This document shows positions 1 to 10,158 of a stretch of DNA of 46,747 nucleotides, one piece after another. This DNA comes from Thermoplasmatota archaeon (GTDB lineage Archaea; Thermoplasmatota; Penumbrarchaeia; Penumbrarchaeales; Penumbrarchaeaceae), in contig JARVGK010000023.1 of the NCBI GenBank assembly GCA_029762535.1, positions 1-46,747 of the forward strand, read 5' to 3'. Position numbers and translations under genes: made by a program. The notes beneath the pieces were generated by a model. That model searched no databases, was not told where the DNA came from, and saw only the letters and a program-made list of their open reading frames with translations. How positions within the stretch are numbered: the first letter of the stretch is position 1; each line of letters starts with the position of its first letter.

Positions 1-1
1 G

Positions 2-505
2 GTGAACCTGACCGTCCTGTTCGCCGACCTGGCCTTCTCCGGAAAGATAGAGATCTCCGGAGGAAGCGGTGGCAGTTACAGGGCCGGTGATGTCCTGACG
101 ATAATCGTCAAGGTCGTCAACATCGGCGATATCGTTGCCGAGAACGTCGATGTCCAGCTCCTGATAGACGGTCAGGAGAAGAAGGTGCAGACGCTCAGGA
201 CCGTGAAGAACCAGAGCGATGACGTCAAGACGGTGATATTCACATGGATCGCTGTGGCCGGGTCACACGAGATCAAGGTGGTTCTGGACCCTGAGAACAA
301 TATCATCGAACGGGCGGACCAGTTCCAGCACGGAGGATCGCAGAACAACAATGAGATAAAGAGGACGGTATCGGTAAGAGGCAGCGACTTCATCAAGGTC
401 GCCGTCTCGAACAATCCGATAATCAGCACCCTCCTTATCATCCTGCTGGCGATAGCGATCCTGGTGGGAGCGGCTCTGTATCTGAAGAAGAAGAACATGA
501 TCTGA
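2..505 (+). CDS. C-terminal part of a CARDB (Ig-like) domain surface protein with C-terminal membrane anchor (5'-truncated by window edge)
   Basis: CARDB-like pattern (V.N.G...AENV.V.L.IDG...V.FTW....G.HEIKVVLDPEN.I.E...NN), then hydrophobic helix LLIILLAIAILVGAALYL and basic tail KKKN. Confidence 0.75.
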   Translation: MNLTVLFADLAFSGKIEISGGSGGSYRAGDVLTIIVKVVNIGDIVAENVDVQLLIDGQEKKVQTLRTVKNQSDDVKTVIFTWIAVAGSHEIKVVLDPENNIIERADQFQHGGSQNNNEIKRTVSVRGSDFIKVAVSNNPIISTLLIILLAIAILVGAALYLKKKNMI

Positions 506-526
506 TAACGCCAAAGGCGTCGGATC

Positions 527-560
527 GGGGGGGATATTTCCCCCCCTTTTTTTTATTTTT
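527..560 (+). terminator. Hairpin + T-tract terminator
   Basis: GGGGGGG-ATATTT-CCCCCCC followed by TTTTTTTTATTTTT, ~20 nt after the stop at 505. Confidence 0.7.
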
Positions 561-651
561 CTCACTCTTAGCCATGGGCTACTGACTTAGGTAATGGAGT
601 ACAAATAACAATCACCATTGCGAAAATGGAAACCATTTCATTCATGTGGAC

Positions 652-2043
652 CTACGGGACGAGCCTCTTCTTGTCCCTGGGGAAGAGCACGGTCTCCCTG
701 ACATTGGTCTGTCCCGTGAGGATCATCGTCAGTCTCTCGGCTCCCAGCCCCCATCCGCAGTGGGGGGGCATGCCGTACTCGAACGCCTTGACGTAGAACC
801 CGAAGGCCTCGGGGTTGAGCCCCTTTTTGATCAATATATCCCGAAGTAGGCCCGGTTCGTGTATCCTCTGCCCCCCGGATACCAGCTCCTTCTCACCGAA
901 ATTGAGGTCGAAGCCCTGTGATACCTCGGGATCATCATCCTTCGGATGGATGTAGAAAGGTTTCAGCGACATCGGCCATTCCGTTATAAAGTAGAGTGAT
1001 GGCCTGTCCTTCGCGATGATCTTCATGCCCTCCAGGGGTATGTCGTCACCCCATCGGATGACCCGTGAACGATGTCCAGCCTCGTCCTCCACCTCGAATC
1101 CGGCCGATGTCAGCTTATCGATGATCTGCGTGTATGTGACGCGTGGGAATGGCCTTTCCGGGACCACGAGGTTCATCTTCAGCTCCTCAAGGTCCAGGTA
1201 GTTCTCGTTCAGAACGCTGGTGTAGGCCCTCTGGATCACCATCTCAAGGAGGTCAAGTGAATCGTCCAGGTCCGCCCAGGCCATCTCCATATCGATCGAT
1301 GTGTACTCGTTCAGATGTCTGATGGTATCATGCTCTTCAGCCCTGAATGCGGGGCCGATCTCGAAAACGCGGTCCAGCCCCGTTGACATCATCGTCTGTT
1401 TGAAGAGCTGAGGGGACTGGTTCAGGTAAGCGACCCGGTCGAAGTACTGTATCTTGAAGAGGGCGGTACCCCCCTCCGTGGCGGTCGCGACGATCTTTGG
1501 CGTGTTGATCTCGATGAACCCCTCTTCGAGGAAGACGTCCCTTGCGGCAGCGAGTACGGTGGACCGGATCTTGAATATGGATTGGACGTTGAGCTTTCTG
1601 AGGTCAAGGAAGCGGTTGTCCAACCTGGTGTCCATGTCCGCATCGACCTTGTCGATGACCCCGAGAGGCAGTGGTGTTTTTGCCTCGTTCAGGAGCGTGA
1701 AATCGTGTGGGATGATCTCCCATCCGGCCTTGGCCTGGGGGGATTGCCTTACAATTCCATGAATGGAAACGGTGGATTCCCTGGGGATGCTGACAAGCCT
1801 CTTGAAGAGATCCGGGTCCATCCCCTTGCTCAGGGCGGTAACCTGCGAGATCCCCGAGCGGTCCCGGACCCGTATAAAGGCCATTTTCCCCATGTTCTTG
1901 GTGTTCTCTATCCAACCGCAGATGACCACTTCGGTATTATAATCCTCCTCTCCGATCTCGGATGAATACCTGGTCCTCTTCCAGACCTTGTCGGGATCCA
2001 TTGCCTTCCTCCTGGGAGCGCCCCTGAAATTCTCATGGGCCAT
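652..2043 (-). CDS. aspS: Aspartyl-tRNA synthetase, archaeal type (probably discriminating)
   Basis: OB anticodon domain (RTRYSSEI...GW...RDRSG), [52 protein letters not shown], motif 3 [15 protein letters not shown]...LFPRD. Start may be 2001. Confidence 0.95.
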   Translation of the reverse strand: MAHENFRGAPRRKAMDPDKVWKRTRYSSEIGEEDYNTEVVICGWIENTKNMGKMAFIRVRDRSGISQVTALSKGMDPDLFKRLVSIPRESTVSIHGIVRQSPQAKAGWEIIPHDFTLLNEAKTPLPLGVIDKVDADMDTRLDNRFLDLRKLNVQSIFKIRSTVLAAARDVFLEEGFIEINTPKIVATATEGGTALFKIQYFDRVAYLNQSPQLFKQTMMSTGLDRVFEIGPAFRAEEHDTIRHLNEYTSIDMEMAWADLDDSLDLLEMVIQRAYTSVLNENYLDLEELKMNLVVPERPFPRVTYTQIIDKLTSAGFEVEDEAGHRSRVIRWGDDIPLEGMKIIAKDRPSLYFITEWPMSLKPFYIHPKDDDPEVSQGFDLNFGEKELVSGGQRIHEPGLLRDILIKKGLNPEAFGFYVKAFEYGMPPHCGWGLGAERLTMILTGQTNVRETVLFPRDKKRLVP

Positions 2044-2330
2044 CGGGCACTTGGAAAGGCGTATCGAGTACTAGTATAAATAAATGATATACTGGAACGG
2101 GAGAGATGATGTGACACGTGGCGCATCTATGACATGGGCCTTCCGTTGATCCACGGCTCGATGCTTTCCTCCGCCGATGATTTACACGATAAGATAATTA
2201 ATATTAGCCAATAATACGACGTTAAGTAAATTATTCAGGGAAAGGCTTATATGAAAGTATTTTATTTTTCACTCCGTCATGGGGAATATAGCCCATAGTA
2301 TGGCTAAATAGGAAAAACAGCATAGAGGTT

Positions 2331-4415
2331 GTGATGGAGATGACTGGAATGATGAAGAAAAGCACAGCGATTTTGGCCATGGCCGCATTGGCCATGTTGG
2401 CCTTCGCAGGGCTGATTGTAGCCGATGTGGAGCCAGAACTGACGGAACCGGCCCTCAGCATTGAGGACACCTTCGCACCGTTCGACGATATGAACGCGTA
2501 CACCATCGTGGACACGTTCACCTTCTCGGTGCCTGGATACGGGGCGGGTTACAACAACTCGAACATAACCATGTGGATCAAGATCGGTCCATTCGACTAC
2601 GATCCCATGGAGTGGAACGATACCAACATGGAGTGGACCTATGTGTTCGCCCCTGATTCACCGGCATATGTCGGGACACACGATGTTCACGTGAAGGCGT
2701 TCGATACGAACAACGCCACCAACGAGAACATGTCCGCGGTGCACGAGATAACCATTTGGCACCCGGTCCTTGTCGACGATACGTTCACCATGCCGGAGTT
2801 CTCCGAGGACATGACCACGGCATGGAACGTCTCCGACGCTTTCCTGCCGGAGTTCGACGTCACGGGAGAACCCCTTATGTTCGGCTTCGGGCCCGAGGGC
2901 GCACCTGACGGTTGGACCTTCGAACCGATGATGGTGGACAACTATACTCACTGGCACGTCACCCCGCCCGCAGATTACTTCGGCTGGGTCCATGTGAACG
3001 TGACCGCGGCCGACACCAACGGCGTCGGACCCGGCGCTGCCTACAAGATGTTCAACATATCCGTTGCGGCCGTCAACGACGCCCCCGTCATCGAGGGGAT
3101 CATGATCGGCGATGACATGCACGATGTCGAGGAGATGGAGATCGTGACCGGTGTCAACGAGACCGGACACAACATCACCGAGACCAGGATGGTAGTTCAC
3201 CTTCCCCTGCTCGAGGACGAGCATCTGATGTTCTCCGTCATCGCTGATGACGTGGATTCCGAGACGCTGACATACATGTTCATGATGGACGACGAAGAGG
3301 ACCCCTACATGGTGGAGGTCTACGAGTACGTCAACGAGACCAATGTCACCGTCGTGGAGGAGCACACCTTCGTCCTGACGCCCGATCCCGATGCTAACGG
3401 GATGTTCTGGGGCATGATCCAGGTCTCCGACGGGGACCTCGACGACACGATCTGGGCCCACATAATGGTAGAGGCCGTCAACGATGCCCCGGTACTCACC
3501 TCCATGGTTGCGGATATGACCGAGGCTGAGGTCGGTGAGAACATCACATTCACCGCGGCCGCGACCGATGTGGACGGCGACGAGCTGACCTACATCTGGA
3601 AGGTCGGCACCGAGATCATAGGCAACATGTCCTCGATAACCGTCGCTTTCGACGAGGCCGGCTGGAAGAACGTGACCGTCACCGTCAGCGATGGCGAGCT
3701 CGAGGTCATGGACTACGTGATGGTCAACATCACCGAAGAGGAAGAGCCTCCAGTGAACAATCCCCCGACAATAACCATGGTCCAAGCCATACCTGTGGGA
3801 ATGAGTGCAGGGGACACTGTCGATTTCCTCCTCAAGGGAGAGGTCGAGGAGGGTAAGGACATCTCCATTACCTGTCTGGCCGTTGACCTGGATGGTGACA
3901 CGCTCACCTATACCTGGACGAACAACGTCGATGCGACGTGGACAAAGACCACAACGACCGGTGAGTTGGTCGTATCGGCAGAGGATCTGGAGGTCGGCAA
4001 GAGCTATACCTTCACCTGTGTTGTAACCGATGGCATGGGCGGAGAGGACACAGAGACCTCGAACACCATAAAGATCGTGGAGAAGGAAGACCCCTCAGAG
4101 TTCGGGATGATCATAATCGTGATAATCGTTGTGATCGCCATCATAGCCATCATAGCCATACTCTTCTTCATCCTCAAGGGAGGCAAGAAGGAAGAGGAGG
4201 AAGAGGCCCCGGAGGAAGAAGAGGAGTCCGACGAAGGCGAGATGCCCGAGGAGGAGCCCCTCGAGGGAATGGAGGGCGAGATGCCCGAGGAGGAGCCTCT
4301 CGGAATGGAGGGCGAGATGCCCGAGGAGGAGCCCCTGAAGGAAGAGGGCCTTCCAGAGGAGGATATCCCCGAGGAGACCGAGGAGATCCCCCCGCCGCCG
4401 ATGCCCCCTCAGTGA
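2331..4415 (+). CDS. Acidic cell-surface glycoprotein with cadherin-like/Ig/PKD-like domains, C-terminal TM helix and acidic tail
   Basis: Signal peptide MKKSTAILAMAALAMLAFAG; repeated VNDAPV/NNPPT linkers and D.DGD.LTY.W motifs; many N-x-S/T sequons; TM IIIVIIVVIAIIAIIAILFFIL; E/P-rich tail. Confidence 0.75.
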   Translation: MMEMTGMMKKSTAILAMAALAMLAFAGLIVADVEPELTEPALSIEDTFAPFDDMNAYTIVDTFTFSVPGYGAGYNNSNITMWIKIGPFDYDPMEWNDTNMEWTYVFAPDSPAYVGTHDVHVKAFDTNNATNENMSAVHEITIWHPVLVDDTFTMPEFSEDMTTAWNVSDAFLPEFDVTGEPLMFGFGPEGAPDGWTFEPMMVDNYTHWHVTPPADYFGWVHVNVTAADTNGVGPGAAYKMFNISVAAVNDAPVIEGIMIGDDMHDVEEMEIVTGVNETGHNITETRMVVHLPLLEDEHLMFSVIADDVDSETLTYMFMMDDEEDPYMVEVYEYVNETNVTVVEEHTFVLTPDPDANGMFWGMIQVSDGDLDDTIWAHIMVEAVNDAPVLTSMVADMTEAEVGENITFTAAATDVDGDELTYIWKVGTEIIGNMSSITVAFDEAGWKNVTVTVSDGELEVMDYVMVNITEEEEPPVNNPPTITMVQAIPVGMSAGDTVDFLLKGEVEEGKDISITCLAVDLDGDTLTYTWTNNVDATWTKTTTTGELVVSAEDLEVGKSYTFTCVVTDGMGGEDTETSNTIKIVEKEDPSEFGMIIIVIIVVIAIIAIIAILFFILKGGKKEEEEEAPEEEEESDEGEMPEEEPLEGMEGEMPEEEPLGMEGEMPEEEPLKEEGLPEEDIPEETEEIPPPPMPPQ
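4233..4337 (+). repeat. Coding tandem repeat, 3 x EGEMPEEEPL
   Basis: GGCGAGATGCCCGAGGAGGAGCC at 4236, 4275 and 4311 (periods 39 and 36 nt). Confidence 0.85.
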
Positions 4416-4437
4416 TCGGAAGAAGATAGAGAGTTCC

Positions 4438-4480
4438 GGGGACGGGGTCGTAACCCCGTCCCTTTTTTTTTATTTTATTT
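4438..4480 (+). terminator. Hairpin + T-tract terminator
   Basis: GGGACGGGGT-CGTA-ACCCCGTCCC followed by T9-ATTTTATTT, just after the stop at 4415. Confidence 0.75.
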
Positions 4481-4530
4481 TATCATGTTTTTTATAAGGG
4501 CTCCTGCTTTAGGGTAGTACAGGTGCTGTA

Positions 4531-7254
4531 ATGTCGCATAAGATCAGGGATCCCCTTCTAAACGTTCTGGTATTTTTACTGCTTTCGATCCCAGGGCCCT
4601 TGTTCGCGATCCCTGCCAGGGGTGCGGATGACGATCCTTTCGATGATGCGGTCCCGATCACATACAGCACCCAGCTGAAGAACGGCACCCTTCACTCATC
4701 GGAGATGTACGATGCCTACCTCATCAAGGGCCTTATCGGGGATACGGACAACGATCAGAAGAGTTCGCAGAGGTTCCAGATGTCCCTTCAGAGGACCTCG
4801 GGTGCCGACATAGAGGCAAGGATATTCGAGCCCAACCGAAGGGAGATCGCATACCTTCGATCATCAGACGACTGGTCCGAAGTTGAGTTCGTCGTTCCAT
4901 ACGACGGGGATTATTACTTCATCTTGAACACGGACCCTCCAGGGGGGGACGCCGAATACGACTTCGTCATGGGGGGAGAATACGACTACGATAACAGCCC
5001 CTATTCGGGCAACAACATACCCGGAGAGGCCACGTTCGAGCGGAGCAGGAAGCTCTCCCTGACCCTCAACCCTGTTGGCGACATCGTGGACTACTACACG
5101 ATCGATCTACAGCCCGGCTGGGCTCTCGAATCCAGGTTCAACAGCCAGTATTCCCTGCGGCTGGAGGTCCTCGACTCGGATTTCGATCTCATAGGGCATT
5201 CTACCGATCAGGAGCCGGTCGAGTTCAGGAACGATGCTCTGACATCGAAAATAATTCACACGAGGATGAGCCATCCTCTCGATGGAAGGAACGACTACCA
5301 ACCGGTGAACAGGCCTTACGAGCTACATCTCGAGGTATGGGCGTTCATGTCAAGGCCCGAGGTCCGCGAGAGCGACCCGCAGTGGTCAGATCCCATAAGG
5401 ATAGATGAGGATCCAGAGAACCCGATCGTGCTGAACCTTTCCTATCATTTCTTCGAGGCCAACGACGACCCCCTTCAGTTCAGGATCACATCGGAACATG
5501 CCGGGCTCATGGTCTCGCTCATCAACGTCACCACCTCCTACGGGGATCCCCTTTACACACTGCTTGAGATCATGCCCAAGGAGAACTGGTTCGGAGAGGA
5601 GACCGTCGTCCTTCTGGCATGGGACAGGGACGGCTCGGTGACCGACAGCATCAGAATGATAGTCGATCCCGTCAACGACCCACCATACGTATCGAGGATA
5701 GGCGGGGCCGCCTATTCGGGCGGTACCTTCCATATGGGGGTCAACGAGGGTGAGAGGCGGATCTATACAATGGACTACAACGATGTGGACGACCCACTCG
5801 ACGAACTCGTCTTCACGATCGATGAGCCCCTGGGATTCGTTGATATCGATCCGGATAACGGCACGATGACGGTGACGCCCTCTCAGAAGGATGTCGGCGT
5901 CCATTATTTCAACATCACTGTGAGGGACCCTTCAGGCGGCGTTCTGACCATACCGACGATCCTGACCATAGTCGCGATCAACGACCCTCCCTTGAAGCCA
6001 TCCATAAACGTCGTATCTGGCAACGTCACGAACCTGTTCCCCGGTGAGATGATCGTCCTTGAGGCGGTCTCGCCACCGGATCCCGACGGCGACGAGCTGA
6101 CTTTCATGTGGGATTGGGGGGATGGGACGAAGAGCGAGGGACCTATCGCCAGCCACGTCTATGCCGAGGGCGTATACGGCAACAGGACCGTCAAACTGAT
6201 CTCATCCGATGGTTCGCTGACCAACTTCACGACGATTACAGTTCACATCAGCAGCCCTCAGGACATATCCGTCGGGGATCTAAGGCGTACCAATTCCGAC
6301 GTTCAGGGGGACTGCATCGAATTCAGGGAGGAGTGGAGGGAAGGTGAGGATAACAGGCGCTTCTCCATTATCCGTTCCTCATATCCGGGAGTGGACATTC
6401 TTTCCGTATCGACAGTTAGGAGGCTCAACGATGTTCAGGTGACACTTCACATCAGAGGGAGCATTGAGATGGACGGAGAGTTCCGATACCATGTCCTCAT
6501 TCTCGACAAAGGGACGGAGATCCCGCATCTGAACATCAGCCTAGTCGGCGGGTGGGATATGATCCCGGATCGTATGCCCGCCTCCAGCATCATCGCCAGG
6601 CAGTCGTATCTGGGTGCGCTCCATGAGAACACCACCGGTACGATCATGGACCAGGACAGGCTCGTCTTCAACTTCCCCATACTCTTCCTCAACATGAGCG
6701 GTCTCCCTCTCCCCCTGGACAGGGACGATATGATGGTCGTGGCAGTGACCGAGTTGATAAGGGGTGAGAGGACCACGGGCAGGCTGAACAACAGGATCGA
6801 GGTGTTCGATATGGCTGGGGATGATGTTCCGGATGCCCCGAACGTAACCACCTCGAACGCCACGGGCGGAGGCTCATCTCCGCTTGCCAACATCCCCAGG
6901 GCGACAGGGATAGCGATTTTTGCGGGATTGATGATACTCCTTGGGATCTCGGGAGCTGTTGGTTACATCCTATTGAAGAGGGAGAAGAAGAAGCGCAAGG
7001 AGGAGGAAGAACGCTTCATCTCCGAGGTCGAGCGGATGAGGGGCGAAGGAAGGAACCTCTTTGACAGGGTCAAGGAGGGCAAGACGCCCCAGGTATCCTA
7101 TGAAGAGCTGTACGGATCCCCCCCTCAAGGAAAGAAGAACGTTGCTGATATGCCCTCTTCCGAATCGCCGGGACCCGTCCTGGACAGTGTGGATATGGGC
7201 GACTTCACCGTGGGCATGGGACCACTTTCAGGTAAGATAAGCTGGGAGGAGTGA
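4531..7254 (+). CDS. Secreted/membrane-anchored protein with cadherin-like (VNDPP, INDPP) and PKD domains
   Basis: Signal-like N-terminus; PVNDPP/AINDPP linkers; PKD motif DPDGDELTFMWDWGDG...SHVY...G...V.L; TM GIAIFAGLMILLGISGAVGYILL then KREKKKRK. Confidence 0.7.
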   Translation: MSHKIRDPLLNVLVFLLLSIPGPLFAIPARGADDDPFDDAVPITYSTQLKNGTLHSSEMYDAYLIKGLIGDTDNDQKSSQRFQMSLQRTSGADIEARIFEPNRREIAYLRSSDDWSEVEFVVPYDGDYYFILNTDPPGGDAEYDFVMGGEYDYDNSPYSGNNIPGEATFERSRKLSLTLNPVGDIVDYYTIDLQPGWALESRFNSQYSLRLEVLDSDFDLIGHSTDQEPVEFRNDALTSKIIHTRMSHPLDGRNDYQPVNRPYELHLEVWAFMSRPEVRESDPQWSDPIRIDEDPENPIVLNLSYHFFEANDDPLQFRITSEHAGLMVSLINVTTSYGDPLYTLLEIMPKENWFGEETVVLLAWDRDGSVTDSIRMIVDPVNDPPYVSRIGGAAYSGGTFHMGVNEGERRIYTMDYNDVDDPLDELVFTIDEPLGFVDIDPDNGTMTVTPSQKDVGVHYFNITVRDPSGGVLTIPTILTIVAINDPPLKPSINVVSGNVTNLFPGEMIVLEAVSPPDPDGDELTFMWDWGDGTKSEGPIASHVYAEGVYGNRTVKLISSDGSLTNFTTITVHISSPQDISVGDLRRTNSDVQGDCIEFREEWREGEDNRRFSIIRSSYPGVDILSVSTVRRLNDVQVTLHIRGSIEMDGEFRYHVLILDKGTEIPHLNISLVGGWDMIPDRMPASSIIARQSYLGALHENTTGTIMDQDRLVFNFPILFLNMSGLPLPLDRDDMMVVAVTELIRGERTTGRLNNRIEVFDMAGDDVPDAPNVTTSNATGGGSSPLANIPRATGIAIFAGLMILLGISGAVGYILLKREKKKRKEEEERFISEVERMRGEGRNLFDRVKEGKTPQVSYEELYGSPPQGKKNVADMPSSESPGPVLDSVDMGDFTVGMGPLSGKISWEE

Positions 7255-7328
7255 GAGAGAAACCGCATAGTTAATTTATTCTACAAGTATCATAATGCCA
7301 TAATGTTACATTTGGCCCGAACGCGCAC

Positions 7329-10157
7329 GTGGCGGGGCTTGAGCAGGTGTACGTGATGGAGAAGAAGGACGGGGCAAAGGCCGAGGACAGGATCGCAAAG
7401 AGCGCTGAGAGGATAGAGAAGATCAAGAAGGCTGGACGCGACACCAGCCAGCTGGAGGTAATACTCAGAAAGATACAGGCCGCTCACGCTTCCGGAAACG
7501 TGAAGGAGAAGAACCTGCTCGAGGCCATAAGCAAGCTTGAAGGGCTGCTGCAGGTCACCGAGAAGCTGAGCTCCAGTCCGGAGCCCTCCAAGGATAAAAA
7601 GAAGAGATCCGATGCGAAAAAGAAGACTCCCAAGGAAGAAAAGAAGGATGAGCGCACAGAAGAGGATGATATCGAAAGGAAAAACGAGATGCTCGAGCGC
7701 CTCAAGTCCGAGCTCGTCTCCTACGGAGGCGACCTGTCACCAATACACCTTCACCTCGAGGCCCTGGACAAGGCAATGGATTCCAGGGACCGCACGACCT
7801 ATCGACGTTACTTCGATGTCGTAAAGCCGTGGCTTCATGAATACCTCTTCAACCTGAAGAGGTCCAGGATGAACGAGCGCATCGAGGCGATAAGGTCCAG
7901 CATCTCCGAGATGGAGAAATGGGGCCGGATGGACCTTGTCGGCCCGATCAAAGGGGAGCTAGAGCCTTTGATCCCTCTCGCAGAGAGGGCCGGGGACGAC
8001 ATCGATATGGTCCTTTCCGATCTCGACAACATATCGGAAATGGCATATAGTGCATCGATCGAACTGGACGGAGACCTCAGGGGCAGGGTTCTATCGAAAC
8101 AGAAGGAAATTAAGGATATCCTATCAGGTTCGGAAGAGGGTCTGGACCCGAGCGAGGCCGAGGGAGACATAGAGGGCACCAACGGTATGATGGAAGAGAG
8201 AAGGTTCGAGGAGGCCATCGAGGTCCTCGATAGAAGGATCAAGTCCATGATGCTCGAGGCCAATAAGGAGCAGGTGGAAGCGAGGGACCGCTATCTCAAG
8301 CTTCTCGATCCCCTTTTCGCCAAGGTGGTCGAGCTGCAGGGTGCCGAATCCGATGTCCACAAGGGATTGCTTGAAAAGAGGAAGAGTATCGACAGCATCC
8401 CCCTGGCCAACATAGATGAGGCGCTTGTACAGCTCGAGGCGCTCCTCGACGAGGCCGCCAGGGCTTCGGCGGAGGCGGAGGAAGGCGCGATACGCGCCAT
8501 CAGGAATAGGGTCTCCGAGATGGGATCCGAACTGCTCGACATGGACGAGGAGCACAAGACGAAGCTGAACAACTTATTCATGGCCATCAACGAATCCTTG
8601 ATAGAGGCCGATCTCCAGAGTGCTTCGATAACCTTGAAGGAGGCGGAGGCCGAGTTCGATCGATTGATCCGTAAGAAGAGCAGATCGATCATGGAATCGC
8701 ATATTAAGGAGATGAGGGAGAACCTGCGTTCTCTGCGCGATAGGGGCGCGGATGTGATGCCGATAGAGGAGATGCTCGCATCCGCACAGGAGCATTTGAT
8801 GCATAACGAGGACGGCACCGCCGCGGAGAGATTGTCAAAGGCCAGGAATATGTTCACCGGATTGCTGGAGTCCACTCTCAAGGCCGATCATCAGCTATTA
8901 AGCGAGAGGATCCGAGCAGAGATCGATTCACCCGACATGCCCCCCATACCCAGAGAGACCCTTCTTGAAAGATTGGATAACAGCAAACTGCTGTTCGAGG
9001 CGGGCGATCTCCCTGAAGCCGTCACGATCCTTAGAGAGACCGAGGAAGAGATCAGGAGCTCCAAGATGTCCTCGGTGCTAAATGAGAAGATGGATGAGCT
9101 TGAGGGGCTGATTCGCGAAGCATCGGCCTTCGGCCTCGACGTTCGCGAAATGGCCCAGAGCGTTTCCGACGCGCGCACCCTCAACGAGAGAGGGGACCTC
9201 GAAGGAGCTTTACAGGTCGTCTCGACCTCCAAGGTAGGGATCGAAGCGATGATCAGGGAGAGGAACCTCAGGAAGCTCGAGGCGGATATCGAGACGATCG
9301 TCATGGAGCTTAGGAGGCTGAACGCCGCCCCTGATGACCACAAAGAGACCATCGCGCGTTCGTATTCCCTGTTAGAGGCCGATAGGATCGACGAGGCAAT
9401 CAAAGAATTGACCGAGCTCAAGGCCAACCTTAAAAGAAAGCTCGACAGGAGAAGAACAGAGGTTATGATAGACACCATGTCGGCGCGGATACGCGAGGCC
9501 AGGGCCTTCGGTCTCGACATGTCTTCGTTCAAGGCCGCGCTGACAAAAGCAGGGGTCAGGTTCGAGATCGGGGACCTTGATGGTGCCATGAAGGACCTCA
9601 TCACCAACCTGGAGTCCCTGGAGGCCCTCATAAACGAAAGGAAGCTGTACAGGAGCAGGATGGACCGGCTCCGGGGATCACTGATATCTATTGAGGGAAA
9701 GGTCCAGAGGCTTTCGCAGAGGAACGTGGACACCTCGCACCTGAAGGAGGACATCGTCAGGTTGAAGGGTTTGATCGAAACCGGGGACGAGCCCGCCTCC
9801 AAAGAGCTCTACGAGCGTCTGGACGGAGAGATCACACGCCTTTTCAGGATGGTCCCGGTGGGTTCGATATCGGAACCGAATGCCCATACGAACAATTTCC
9901 CCGATTCACGTTCCCGCTCGTCCATCGAGGCCAAGAGCGCTCCGGTCCAACAAGAGGAGCTTGACCCCTTCGAGGCCAGAAAAAGGCTACAACTGCTGCT
10001 TACACGCATAGGAAGGGCAGTGCAGATGAGGGGGGGTATCGATGTCCACGATGAGATAAAGGCCGAGCTTGAGGGGATAAAGGCCCTCATCGTGGAGAAG
10101 AGATACAACGAAGCTTACGTCATCGCCATGGAATGCATGAAGAAGCTGGGCGGTTGA
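7329..10157 (+). CDS. Large all-helical/coiled-coil repeat protein, function unknown
   Basis: 942-aa E/K/R/L-rich ORF with no TM or NTPase motif; internal repeats IREASAFGLDV and IREARAFGLDM; likely start 7353/7356 after CAGGTG. Confidence 0.7.
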   Translation: MAGLEQVYVMEKKDGAKAEDRIAKSAERIEKIKKAGRDTSQLEVILRKIQAAHASGNVKEKNLLEAISKLEGLLQVTEKLSSSPEPSKDKKKRSDAKKKTPKEEKKDERTEEDDIERKNEMLERLKSELVSYGGDLSPIHLHLEALDKAMDSRDRTTYRRYFDVVKPWLHEYLFNLKRSRMNERIEAIRSSISEMEKWGRMDLVGPIKGELEPLIPLAERAGDDIDMVLSDLDNISEMAYSASIELDGDLRGRVLSKQKEIKDILSGSEEGLDPSEAEGDIEGTNGMMEERRFEEAIEVLDRRIKSMMLEANKEQVEARDRYLKLLDPLFAKVVELQGAESDVHKGLLEKRKSIDSIPLANIDEALVQLEALLDEAARASAEAEEGAIRAIRNRVSEMGSELLDMDEEHKTKLNNLFMAINESLIEADLQSASITLKEAEAEFDRLIRKKSRSIMESHIKEMRENLRSLRDRGADVMPIEEMLASAQEHLMHNEDGTAAERLSKARNMFTGLLESTLKADHQLLSERIRAEIDSPDMPPIPRETLLERLDNSKLLFEAGDLPEAVTILRETEEEIRSSKMSSVLNEKMDELEGLIREASAFGLDVREMAQSVSDARTLNERGDLEGALQVVSTSKVGIEAMIRERNLRKLEADIETIVMELRRLNAAPDDHKETIARSYSLLEADRIDEAIKELTELKANLKRKLDRRRTEVMIDTMSARIREARAFGLDMSSFKAALTKAGVRFEIGDLDGAMKDLITNLESLEALINERKLYRSRMDRLRGSLISIEGKVQRLSQRNVDTSHLKEDIVRLKGLIETGDEPASKELYERLDGEITRLFRMVPVGSISEPNAHTNNFPDSRSRSSIEAKSAPVQQEELDPFEARKRLQLLLTRIGRAVQMRGGIDVHDEIKAELEGIKALIVEKRYNEAYVIAMECMKKLGG

Positions 10158-10158
10158 T

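Noticed and set aside
2658-3785. 375-aa minus-strand ORF
   Set aside because: Antisense shadow of a strongly codon-biased gene; His/Val-rich nonsense composition.
8291-9802. 196- and 303-aa minus-strand ORFs
   Set aside because: Ser-rich antisense shadows of the Glu/Arg-rich helical protein.
7329-10157. SMC/Rad50 assignment for the coiled-coil protein
   Set aside because: No Walker A/B, signature, hinge or Zn-hook motif.
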